The notes beneath the pieces were generated by a model. That model was not told the origin of the DNA and did no database searches. It saw nothing but the letters and a program-made list of their open reading frames with translations. DNA of 61,949 bases, filler included. It is 8 parts of 8 records of this genome, joined end to end, with 100 filler letters (N's around TTAATTAATTAA, not from the genome) between each part and the next. Parts side by side here need not be neighbours in the genome. Positions count along the whole stretch, not along the records: positions 1 to 8,789 come from SRR31156797_39499; 7 more parts are not named here. One strand, given 5' to 3'. This document shows, piece by piece, positions 1 through 8,889 of the stretch (position 1 is its first letter; every line of letters starts with the position of its first letter). The translations under genes and the position numbers were made by a program.

Positions 1-604
1 TGTAGGTGTGGTGAAGTTCGATTGTCTCTCGGCACAGGATGAGGAAAACTACTACGACCACGATATTCCTGTCAGGACCGGTCTTTCAGGTAGTCTCTGT
101 CCCGATCACTTCTTTGTTAGCAATATCGAGGAAGCACTTAAGTGGGCAAAGGACAAGGAGTTCGATTTTCTGATCACGGAGAGTGCCGGTCTTTGCAATC
201 GCTGCTCCCCGCACATCAAGGATGTCCTTGCAATATGTGTGATCGACAACCTGAGCGGAGTAAATACTCCCAAGAAGATCGGGCCCATGCTTAAATTTGC
301 AGATATCATTGTAATTACAAAAGGTGATATCGTCTCCCAAGCAGAGAGAGAAGTATTCGCATACAGGGTCAGGCAGGTCAACCCTGGCGGAAGGATAGTC
401 CATATCAACGGTGTCACCGGACAGGGGGGCTTCTATCTTGCAAAGCTTGTGGAAGGAACATCTTCATTTGATACACTTCAGGGGGCCACACTTCGCTTTA
501 CTATGCCCGGTGCTCTGTGCTCATACTGTCTCGGAGAGAGAAAGATAGGAGATGACAGGCAGATCGGTGTTTCAAAACTTGTGAGTTTCAGAGGAGATGA
601 TTGA
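1..604 (+). CDS. G3E-family (HypB/UreG-like) P-loop GTPase, 5'-truncated
   Basis: ITESAGLCNRCSP, DNLSG and ITKGD (G4-like) motifs, plus a C-terminal CSYC. The frame is open to the window edge. Confidence 0.75.
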   Translation, partial: VGVVKFDCLSAQDEENYYDHDIPVRTGLSGSLCPDHFFVSNIEEALKWAKDKEFDFLITESAGLCNRCSPHIKDVLAICVIDNLSGVNTPKKIGPMLKFADIIVITKGDIVSQAEREVFAYRVRQVNPGGRIVHINGVTGQGGFYLAKLVEGTSSFDTLQGATLRFTMPGALCSYCLGERKIGDDRQIGVSKLVSFRGDD

Positions 605-1618
605 ATGCGAACTGACCTTCTTCAAATGAGCATAGCCGAGCTCATGGAAATGATGCCCTGGCTGGAGGATTACTTCTCCTCGTTTGCGATTGACACAAAA
701 AAGTTTGATGACAGGAAACTGGAAGAGCTGGGTTCGATATTTGGCGATGAATATTTTGAAGAAAAAGGAAGCGACTATCGCAGCTTCATTGATGGTCTTT
801 TCCTCTTCATCGAGCAGGTCAAGACCCTTCAACAGGAAAGCGGTTTCACCGTCAATTCCCTGGTAGTTCTCCCCGGACACAATAAGAATGGCGAGAAGGA
901 AGCTTTTTCCATAGAACTAAAAAAAGGTGAAGTGACTGCAATCGTCGGTCCCACAGGATCTGGAAAATCCCGGCTTCTTGCCGATATAGAATCCCTCGCC
1001 CAAGAGGACACTCCAACAGGCCGCAGAATACTGGTTGATTGCCGAATCCCTGATGATGAAGAACGTTTCTCCACTGAGGGACGCTTAATAGCACAGCTCT
1101 CACAGAACATGAACTTCGTTATGGACCTCAGTGTAGAGGATTTCCTGACCCTGCATGCAGAGAGCCGTATGGTTGATGAAATAGCTCACATTGTCCAGAG
1201 GATTTATGATACAGCGAACGTCCTTGCAGGTGAACCATTCAGCAAAGACACACCTGTCACCCAGCTCTCAGGGGGCCAATCCAGGGCCCTGATGATCGCA
1301 GACACCGCACTCCTGAGCCCCGCACCTGTGGTCCTGATCGACGAGATCGAGAACGCCGGGGTAGACAAAGTGAAGTCACTTGAACTTCTGGTAAGCAATA
1401 ATAAGATCGTCCTGATCAGTACCCACGACCCCCTGCTCGCTCTCTCGGCAGACCAGCGAATTGTGATCAAGAACGGAGGTATTCATAAACTCCTGAAGAC
1501 CACAGCAGATGAGAAAGAACATCTGGAAAGCCTTGAGAAGATAGACAGGAAGATCACGTTTCTGAGGGATAGGTTGAGGAACGGAGAAGAGATTGATCTA
1601 AGTGAGTTGTTGGTGTAA
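605..1618 (+). CDS. ABC-type ATP-binding protein with N-terminal extension; no permease adjacent
   Basis: Walker A GPTGSGKS, signature LSGGQ, Walker B VLIDE and H-loop STHD. Its ATG directly follows the upstream TGA. Confidence 0.85.
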   Translation: MRTDLLQMSIAELMEMMPWLEDYFSSFAIDTKKFDDRKLEELGSIFGDEYFEEKGSDYRSFIDGLFLFIEQVKTLQQESGFTVNSLVVLPGHNKNGEKEAFSIELKKGEVTAIVGPTGSGKSRLLADIESLAQEDTPTGRRILVDCRIPDDEERFSTEGRLIAQLSQNMNFVMDLSVEDFLTLHAESRMVDEIAHIVQRIYDTANVLAGEPFSKDTPVTQLSGGQSRALMIADTALLSPAPVVLIDEIENAGVDKVKSLELLVSNNKIVLISTHDPLLALSADQRIVIKNGGIHKLLKTTADEKEHLESLEKIDRKITFLRDRLRNGEEIDLSELLV

Positions 1619-1700
1619 CTTTGTCTCATTATGCCGATATCATGCCAGTTACCTCTTAAATAGAAAGAAGAAGATATTGTTACTTGGGAGGTCATAATAT

Positions 1701-1886
1701 ATGGCATATAAGTTAGCGTGTAAAGATACGGGGGTTACCTGTCCTTTTGTTGCTCGGGGGGAGACCATGGATGAGATGATGGAAATTGCTGTAAAGCATG
1801 CCAAAGAAGAACATGGTTATACTGACGAACAGCTGAATGAGCCTGAAACTCAAAAGATGATCAAAGAGGCGATCAAACAAGAATAA
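1701..1886 (+). CDS. DUF1059-family small metal-binding protein
   Basis: LACKDTGVTCPF...KHAKEEHG pattern; GGAGGT RBS upstream. Confidence 0.8.
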   Translation: MAYKLACKDTGVTCPFVARGETMDEMMEIAVKHAKEEHGYTDEQLNEPETQKMIKEAIKQE

Positions 1887-2265
1887 CTCAACTGCTGTAA
1901 AATAAAAGGGTATGCTCGTAATAAAGAAGAAGCATCCGAATATAATTTTTTTAATTCAACTTTATTTTTTATGTTCCGCTATTTGTCTCAATTTATGAGA
2001 TGCATCTATCTCATCTTCCCTTCCCAACACTCGTAGTAAAGAAGATTGTACCAGTGAAGAAAATAAGTAGCCATGTGCGAGCCTGATCATGGAAGGTAAT
2101 AATGCTATTCAAGTGCGGACCCGGCATACTCCAAAAGGATGCAAATGAGTTCTGTGCTCTGAATCATCATTGTTCCCATCTACCAGATAGATATATGTGC
2201 AACTTCCTTTCATACTATGATTGTTCAAATCTATTTGAAATTCCATCAGTACAAGGTGAACAAAC

Positions 2266-3342
2266 ATGAATAACGAAAGGAATACAGGGCCATGCTGTTC
2301 AACGAACACCAGCATAGATGAACCTCAGTTTGTCACAATGATAGGTCTTGGTAACAGCCCTGTGCCTGAGATCCATGAGACCACAAGCACCCTCACATTT
2401 AATGACCACCTCGATCACTTTCTTGCTCGATGGGGATTCAGACGTTCAGAACACATCGTAGACCCGGGAATCTATAAACTTGGGAATCCAACTCCAGACT
2501 CTCCGGCATTCGTCTCGGCAAATTACACACTCAGCTTTGATGCACTTCGCAGTTCACTTGAAGGTATCGACTGCTACATCCTTGTCATAGATACGAAAGG
2601 CATCAACGTCTGGTGTGCTGCCGGGAAGGGAACCTTCGGTACCGATGAGATAGTATTCCGCATCAAATTGACAAAACTTGCTGAGATTGTGAACCATCGT
2701 AACATTATCCTGCCACAGCTCGGAGCACCGGGTGTTTCTGCACATGAGGTTAAACGCAGGTCGGGTTTCAGAGTCGAATACGGACCTGTCCTTGCAGGAG
2801 ACTTACCGGAGTACCTCAAGACCAATACAGCGACACCTGATATGAGAAGAATGAGATTCACTTTATGGGACAGGCTGGTGCTCACACCCATAGAGCTTGC
2901 TCATGTGGTCAAGCCAACACTGATAGCTGCGATCATACTTTACCTGCTGGCAGGTCCTTTTGCAGCACTCATTGCAGTCATCACTGCACTTACCGGAACT
3001 GTGCTGTTTCCTGTTCTGCTTCCATTTATCCCGACACATGACTTCAGTACAAAGGGACTCATACTTGGAGGAGTTGTAATGGCTCCATTTGCAGTCACCT
3101 TTGCAACAAGCTCCACGATGCCACTCTGGGAGAACATACTTGCAGCATTGTCGATAATCATGCTCCCCACAGCAGCGATTGCTTATATGGGACTTAACTT
3201 CACAGGGTGCACGACCTATACCTCACGCACCGGTGTCAAGAAAGAGATATTCAGCTATGCACCCTTCATGGCACTCATGGCAGGCACAGGACTGCTGTCC
3301 CTTATCATTCTGGGAATCACACATCTGATGGAGATGATCTGA
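2266..3342 (+). CDS. hgcA: Mercury methylation corrinoid protein HgcA
   Basis: Cap-helix motif GINVWCAAGKGTFG, ANYTLSFD and LPQLGAPGV, a C-terminal multi-TM domain and NFTGCTTYTS. Followed directly by hgcB. Confidence 0.97.
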   Translation: MNNERNTGPCCSTNTSIDEPQFVTMIGLGNSPVPEIHETTSTLTFNDHLDHFLARWGFRRSEHIVDPGIYKLGNPTPDSPAFVSANYTLSFDALRSSLEGIDCYILVIDTKGINVWCAAGKGTFGTDEIVFRIKLTKLAEIVNHRNIILPQLGAPGVSAHEVKRRSGFRVEYGPVLAGDLPEYLKTNTATPDMRRMRFTLWDRLVLTPIELAHVVKPTLIAAIILYLLAGPFAALIAVITALTGTVLFPVLLPFIPTHDFSTKGLILGGVVMAPFAVTFATSSTMPLWENILAALSIIMLPTAAIAYMGLNFTGCTTYTSRTGVKKEIFSYAPFMALMAGTGLLSLIILGITHLMEMI

Positions 3343-3647
3343 TGTTCAATTCGTACAAAGAGAATACGCTTCAATACCATCCTGAGAAATGCATCAACTG
3401 TCTCATGTGTACAAAGGTCTGTCCACATGGAATTTTCACCGAAGGAGAAAAAGGAAAGGGTCATGTGGAGCTCACAGCACCAGAATCCTGTATGGAATGT
3501 GGAGCATGTGCTGGTAACTGTCCGGTGCAGGCCATCGAAGTAGAGAGTGGTGTGGGCTGTGCCTGGGCAATGATTGGTGCAGCACTTAAAGGCAAAGATA
3601 TGGACAGCGATGCGGTCTGTTGCGGAGAGGATGGGTGCTGTCAGTGA
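3342..3647 (+). CDS. hgcB: Mercury methylation 2[4Fe-4S] ferredoxin HgcB (101 aa)
   Basis: ATG overlaps the hgcA stop (TGATG). Has CINCLMCTKVCP, CMECGACAGNCP, GVGCA and a Cys-rich tail CCGEDGCCQ. Confidence 0.95.
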   Translation: MFNSYKENTLQYHPEKCINCLMCTKVCPHGIFTEGEKGKGHVELTAPESCMECGACAGNCPVQAIEVESGVGCAWAMIGAALKGKDMDSDAVCCGEDGCCQ

Positions 3648-3887
3648 AAAACTGCAGGGACATGGCTCTAAAAGCAGGCTTACAGGCGAATACCACAAAA
3701 GGAAAACAGTACCGTGCGCAATCCTTTTATACGAACAAACCTATGTTAGATTGCTTTAAAATCGGATTGTTTTGCTAAACGTATAGGCATTAAATGGCAT
3801 TTACTTAAATTGTAGATTACTATTTTGCATTATGTTTTCAGCTTACTCAGTATTTTAGGCTTAAATTGAAAAGGACGTATATTTAAA

Positions 3888-4094
3888 ATGTTCAACAACA
3901 GAGAAGAATCCACAGCGCCAGTAGATGCCGGCGAAACATACGACGTAACAATTGAAGATATCGCAAGAGAAGGCGACGGAATTGCAAGAGTAAGCGGTTT
4001 CGTAATTTTCGTCCCAGGTACATCCGTAGGCGACGAAGTAACCATCAAAGTAACAAAGGTTCTCAGAAAGTTCGCATTCGGTGAAGTAGCATAA
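3888..4094 (+). CDS. Single TRAM-domain RNA chaperone
   Basis: APVDAGETYDVTIEDIAREGDGIARVSGFVIFVP...KFAFGEV, typical of Methanosarcinales single-TRAM proteins. Confidence 0.92.
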   Translation: MFNNREESTAPVDAGETYDVTIEDIAREGDGIARVSGFVIFVPGTSVGDEVTIKVTKVLRKFAFGEVA

Positions 4095-4353
4095 TACTAC
4101 TTCACTTTTTTCGAAGTATCCCGTGATATTTCAATATTTTTAAGTTAACTATTTTATAGAAAATCAACTTTAACCAGCTTTTCCTTTCATAAAATGCTTT
4201 TTCCAATACCTCTGGTTAGAACTTTAAGTATGCTGAAGTCTGACCATCACGGCAGAATTGCCAGAATAAGATGTTCAGGAAACAAAACAGAAGAAAAGTT
4301 AAAATATCAATTTAAAATAGTAGTTTTAAAAAAGGTGAATCATAAGATCCACC

Positions 4354-4689
4354 TTATTTCAGGAATCCCTTCCTATCCAACCAGTTTACCTGTGGACGTG
4401 TGTATTTCCATATAACATCGGCTTTTGAATCCTGAATTTCCCATGGAGTAGCGATAACGATATCGCCTTCACGGACCCACATTCTCTTTTTCTTTGAACC
4501 TGGAATCCTGCCCATACGGACAACTCCGTCCATACATTGCAGTCTTACCCTGTTTGCTCCAAGCAAACTGGAAACTGTTGCCAGAACCTCACCATTCTCT
4601 TTACGAGGGGTTCTCACCCTGACAACTTCTCCATCAGTGTTTCCACCGCTTGCATTACTTTTTCTTTTATTACTTCTATAATTAGCCAG
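4354..4689 (-). CDS. eif1a: Archaeal translation initiation factor aIF-1A, probable CTG start (111 aa)
   Basis: [26 protein letters not shown] core. The frame extends 24 codons upstream of the GTG at 4617 to CTG-GCT-AAT-TAT-AGA, 7 nt after GAGG. Confidence 0.9.
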   Translation of the reverse strand: MANYRSNKRKSNASGGNTDGEVVRVRTPRKENGEVLATVSSLLGANRVRLQCMDGVVRMGRIPGSKKKRMWVREGDIVIATPWEIQDSKADVIWKYTRPQVNWLDRKGFLK

Positions 4690-5004
4690 ATTAATTCCTC
4701 GGAGTGTTAAATATTATTAAATGTTATCATTAGTACTTTATTCAGAAAAATGGATATTTTGTATAATGTTGTTATATTGTTACAACACTAAAATATCCAA
4801 TTCAGATAAAACAAAATTTTGCCATTGCCCATTACTGAAAAAATAATGTTTTACCAGTATCTGTATGCATCATTGTTTCTATTCTATAAGAGAAACTCAA
4901 ACTATATAATATGTATCGTATGAATATAGGGAATTTCAGGAATTGCCGGAGTTATAAGGCTTTTCGGCAATGATTTTCCTGATATTTCCCTTTACCAGAT
5001 CATA

Positions 5005-6297
5005 TTACTTTTTGTCAGAGAGCATTATCTTGACAAGACCCGCAGCAACATCCATTGATGTACAGTCCTCATCAAGCATCTGTTCCACCCAGTGAATGTA
5101 TTTGCCAAGATGTCCCTCATCAATGGTTTCCTTTACCTTCTTTGCAAGCATATTGGCCTTGAAATCCTCAGCATCGCTTCTGGTAGGTATCTTACGGCAC
5201 TGTATCTTTGTCTTGGTGTACTTCTGGATACTCTTGATCTTATAGATCTCCTTTGGAGTGACAAAGGTGAATGCCATTCCCTGTCTTCCTGCACGTCCCG
5301 TCCTCCCGATCCTGTGGACATAGGATTCCTCATCCTGTGGCATATCGAAATTGAATACTACCTCGATATTCTCTACATCAATTCCACGGGCTGCCACATC
5401 TGTAGCTACAAGGGTCTCGATCTCGCCTTTTCTGAAGCTTCCCATTACCTTTTCCCTATGGTTCTGCTTCATATCACCGTGAAGACCATCTGCAAGGTAA
5501 CCCCTTGCTTTAAGAGTAGCAACAAGCTCATCCACCATCTTTTTGGTATTACAGAACACAAGGGATGATTTAACATCATGGATATCAATCATCCTGCAAA
5601 GGACATCCGTTTTCATGTGATATTTTACTTCGAAATATGCCTGTTCCATATTTGGAACAGTAACCACCTTATGGATAGTTTTTACAAGTTCAGGATTCTG
5701 CTGATATCTCTTCGTAAGCTTCATTATTGGCTTTGGCATTGTAGCTGAGAAGAGAATGGTCTGCCTTTCTTCGGGAGCACTGCTAAGGATACTTTCGATA
5801 TCCTCTCTGAATCCCATATCAAGCATCTCATCAGCCTCATCCAGAACGACCATTTCAAGAGCATCCAGTTTTAATGTTCTGCGCTCTATGTGGTCAATTA
5901 CCCTTCCAGGGGTACCGATTACAATCTGCACACCCCTTCTGAGAGCCTTTATCTGCCTATCAATATTCTGTCCGCCATATACAGGTAGTATCTTGGTCCC
6001 TGTATATTTACCAAGTTTACCCATTTCCTCTGCAACCTGGTTTGCAAGTTCCCTTGTAGGACAGAGTACAAGCACCTGGGTCTTCTTGCTTCTGGCATTA
6101 ATCATTTCAAGAGCTGGTATACCAAATGATGCAGTCTTACCTGTACCTGTCTGGGCCTGACCAATGACATCCCTGCCTTCAAGAATAAAAGGGATAGACT
6201 TGGACTGGATTGGAGTGGGTTCTTCAAAACCCAGGTCAGTTATTGCTTTTTCTATATTACGTGATAATTGAAGGTCTTTAAAAGTTGATGATTCCAT
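5005..6297 (-). CDS. deaD: DEAD-box RNA helicase (DeaD/CsdA-like, short C-terminus)
   Basis: Q motif, AQTGTGKT, PTRELA, DEAD, SAT, ARGID and HRIGRTGR. Start set at MESSTF. Confidence 0.93.
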   Translation of the reverse strand: MESSTFKDLQLSRNIEKAITDLGFEEPTPIQSKSIPFILEGRDVIGQAQTGTGKTASFGIPALEMINARSKKTQVLVLCPTRELANQVAEEMGKLGKYTGTKILPVYGGQNIDRQIKALRRGVQIVIGTPGRVIDHIERRTLKLDALEMVVLDEADEMLDMGFREDIESILSSAPEERQTILFSATMPKPIMKLTKRYQQNPELVKTIHKVVTVPNMEQAYFEVKYHMKTDVLCRMIDIHDVKSSLVFCNTKKMVDELVATLKARGYLADGLHGDMKQNHREKVMGSFRKGEIETLVATDVAARGIDVENIEVVFNFDMPQDEESYVHRIGRTGRAGRQGMAFTFVTPKEIYKIKSIQKYTKTKIQCRKIPTRSDAEDFKANMLAKKVKETIDEGHLGKYIHWVEQMLDEDCTSMDVAAGLVKIMLSDKK

Positions 6298-6747
6298 AGT
6301 AATAGTTCCTGTGATTATGTGACCATAATGCAAAACATAAGATGAAATACATCATCGAGATCTGTTTCCAATTTGGCCCTGTTTAAGAATAAATGTTCCA
6401 AATTGTTTTGGTAATACAAAACAAAAAAGAGCAGTGCTTTAGTAATAGCAACAATAGAGTTAAGTCTGTCGGTGATAAGGACGAGCAAGCTGGTAATCCT
6501 GCCAAGTCTAAGAGCCGGAGAAGTCAGTCCACATTAGAATTCTTAAGATCCACCTATACACCTGTTATGTTTTGGGATAACTAAAGAAGAAGATCATAGC
6601 TAATTTATATATAAAAAGAGAACAGTGGGCTTTATGGGAGTCTTTGTCATTACCTGTAGGTTTACAAACAGGATATCCCATGAACAAATGTTCAATGAAA
6701 TTTAAACAACTTCACCAAGCATTTTGGGAAATAAGGAGAAATAAATT

Positions 6748-7071
6748 ATGTCAGAGTGGATAGTTGCAATGAAAGATGTTGATCTGAAAGAAGAGAAGAT
6801 AAAAGTTATTAAAGCAGAGAACAAACAAATCGCTCTTGTAAGGAAAGGCGATGGTATCTTTGCACTTCTGAATGTGTGCCCGCATGCAGGGTGTCCTCTT
6901 AAGAACGGAAGCCTGGAAGAGTACACACTCAAATGTGCCTGCCATAACTGGGGATTTGACATTCGAACCGGGGAGAATGTTGATACCGGGGAATACATTG
7001 ATATGGAAGATCCAAGTGTGGACATCTTTGAGACAAGGATCGAAGATGGTAATATAGAAATACTTGTCTGA
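6748..7071 (+). CDS. Rieske [2Fe-2S] ferredoxin-like protein
   Basis: CPH...CACH ligand pattern; AAGGAG RBS. Confidence 0.85.
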   Translation: MSEWIVAMKDVDLKEEKIKVIKAENKQIALVRKGDGIFALLNVCPHAGCPLKNGSLEEYTLKCACHNWGFDIRTGENVDTGEYIDMEDPSVDIFETRIEDGNIEILV

Positions 7072-7485
7072 AGCTGAAAACCACAACAGTATGAGGTGCA
7101 AATCCTCATACCAATGACCATTTTACTATGGCCATAGTAAATACTAGGATGCTGTGGTTATAAACAGATGTGTAATATATATATCAGTGGGAAATTAATT
7201 TTTCTGGAATAATCAATTAACAGTTTAGCATCATTTCTCCTATTGTCAAATCTGAATTGTAATACTTCAATAGAAATATCATTCTCAAACCTGAATGTCT
7301 TAGTTACCCTAAATAATAGTACTTTAGAGCTGTATTTGACAATTTGCACTAATTTTCCTACATTTTATTAATAGCAAAAGGCCAGAGGTGTAAAATATAC
7401 AAAAACATAGATATATGTGCAATTTATAAACAATTAAGAGATGGTGCTTATTACGCATACGATGCAAATCCTGTATTCAGGTTGA

Positions 7486-7995
7486 TTGAAATTTCGAGGT
7501 GAACAATTGTACAAATTATTTGAAGAGCAAAGAGCAATATCTCCTGTCATAGGTACTATCATGATGGTAGTCATAGCTGTCATTCTTACAGGAGTTATTT
7601 TTGCAGTTATAGGCCCAGATCCTATTAGAAGCGCTCCCCAGGCAGATATTAGGGCAGTAGGTCATAGCATTGGCTCCGATATGGTTATTGAGATAATGCA
7701 TCAGGGTGGAGAGGAACTATCATTCACTGAAGCACGCACAAAGATAATTATTTCAGGTAGTTCGAACGCTAATGGAACTGTATCTTTCTCAAACCTTGTC
7801 ACCGAAAGCGAAAGGAAGTTTGCTACTGGAGATTCACTCTACCTGTACATTGCAGGTGGTGATGCATGCATTGGCAACAGCACTCTTCCAAATGCTGACC
7901 ATACTGATATCGCGCAAAGTAGTGAAACAGTTGAGATCAAGGTCCTTGATGTCAACAGCCAGCAACTAATAGCAGATATCAGCGCCAGGTTCTAA
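7486..7995 (+). CDS. Archaeal type IV pilin-like protein (class III signal peptide)
   Basis: RA/ISPVIGTIMMVVIAVIL cleavage and hydrophobic motif; downstream HQGGE. Confidence 0.85.
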   Translation: MKFRGEQLYKLFEEQRAISPVIGTIMMVVIAVILTGVIFAVIGPDPIRSAPQADIRAVGHSIGSDMVIEIMHQGGEELSFTEARTKIIISGSSNANGTVSFSNLVTESERKFATGDSLYLYIAGGDACIGNSTLPNADHTDIAQSSETVEIKVLDVNSQQLIADISARF

Positions 7996-8008
7996 GAATC
8001 AGCAACGT

Positions 8009-8764
8009 TTATTTATTTGTGTTCTTCTGGAAAATGAAGAACGCATAGCCATATTCATCAGAGTGTTCTTTGAAGACCTCTAGCTCTTTTCTGGAAAAAG
8101 CGATTATCATTTCAGCTTCCGTGTTCCCTTTGTAATTCTCAGCGATGGCATCCAGTCTTTTTTCAAGAGGAAGGTAGTAGTCATCCAGCCAGGCAGAATC
8201 CGGCAGTTTAAAGCATTCAATGATATCATATCCTGCTGCAGTGATCATTTTTTCAGTGTAGGGAATGCTCTTGATATCAGGATAACTTTCCTGCCATAAT
8301 TGAAGCGCTTCCTGAGAGGGTTCATCCTTGAACCATGTTGCTTCAGTAAGTGCCATATACCCGCCATCTTTCAGGAATCTTTTCCAGTACGAAAGCCCTT
8401 TTTCAAAACCTATTACAAAAATTGAACCTTCTGCCCATATGACATCAAATTCCCCGTCTTCAAACGGAAGATCATCCATGGAAGCACAAACTGTGCTTAT
8501 TCTATCATCCAGTCCTTCTTTTACTGCGTTTATCATCAGTTTGTCCAGAAATGGCCGGTAAATGTCAGTTGCAGTGATATGACAGTTTTTGCAGATTTTT
8601 GCAAGATGGATCGTCTGCATTCCCACACCACAGCCAATATCAAGGATCTTTGCTCCCTGTGGAACAGAAGGTATTGCCCTGAAAGCTTTTTCAGTGCTTT
8701 CATTATTACCTGGACCCTGTCTGGGCAATCCTTCAAATATCTCAAAAATAGGTGATTCGTCCAT
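8009..8764 (-). CDS. Class I SAM-dependent methyltransferase
   Basis: ILDIGCGVG motif I; FDVIWAEGS. Confidence 0.9.
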   Translation of the reverse strand: MDESPIFEIFEGLPRQGPGNNESTEKAFRAIPSVPQGAKILDIGCGVGMQTIHLAKICKNCHITATDIYRPFLDKLMINAVKEGLDDRISTVCASMDDLPFEDGEFDVIWAEGSIFVIGFEKGLSYWKRFLKDGGYMALTEATWFKDEPSQEALQLWQESYPDIKSIPYTEKMITAAGYDIIECFKLPDSAWLDDYYLPLEKRLDAIAENYKGNTEAEMIIAFSRKELEVFKEHSDEYGYAFFIFQKNTNK

Positions 8765-8789
8765 GTAGATTTTTCATTTTGATTAGAAT

Positions 8790-8889
8790 NNNNNNNNNNN
8801 NNNNNNNNNNNNNNNNNNNNNNNNNNNNNNNNNTTAATTAATTAANNNNNNNNNNNNNNNNNNNNNNNNNNNNNNNNNNNNNNNNNNNN
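8790..8889. other. Artificial contig linker N44-TTAATTAATTAA-N44
   Basis: 100-nt spacer with stop codons in all six frames; occurs seven times in the window. Confidence 0.98.

Noticed and set aside
3207-3341. 146-aa version of HgcB, or an hgcAB fusion
   Set aside because: The extension overlaps hgcA in another frame. The ATG at 3342 gives a normal HgcB, and hgcA has its own TGA.
1-8789. Pyrrolysine (TAG) read-through in the methanogen contigs
   Set aside because: No identified gene in either archaeal contig is interrupted by an in-frame TAG.
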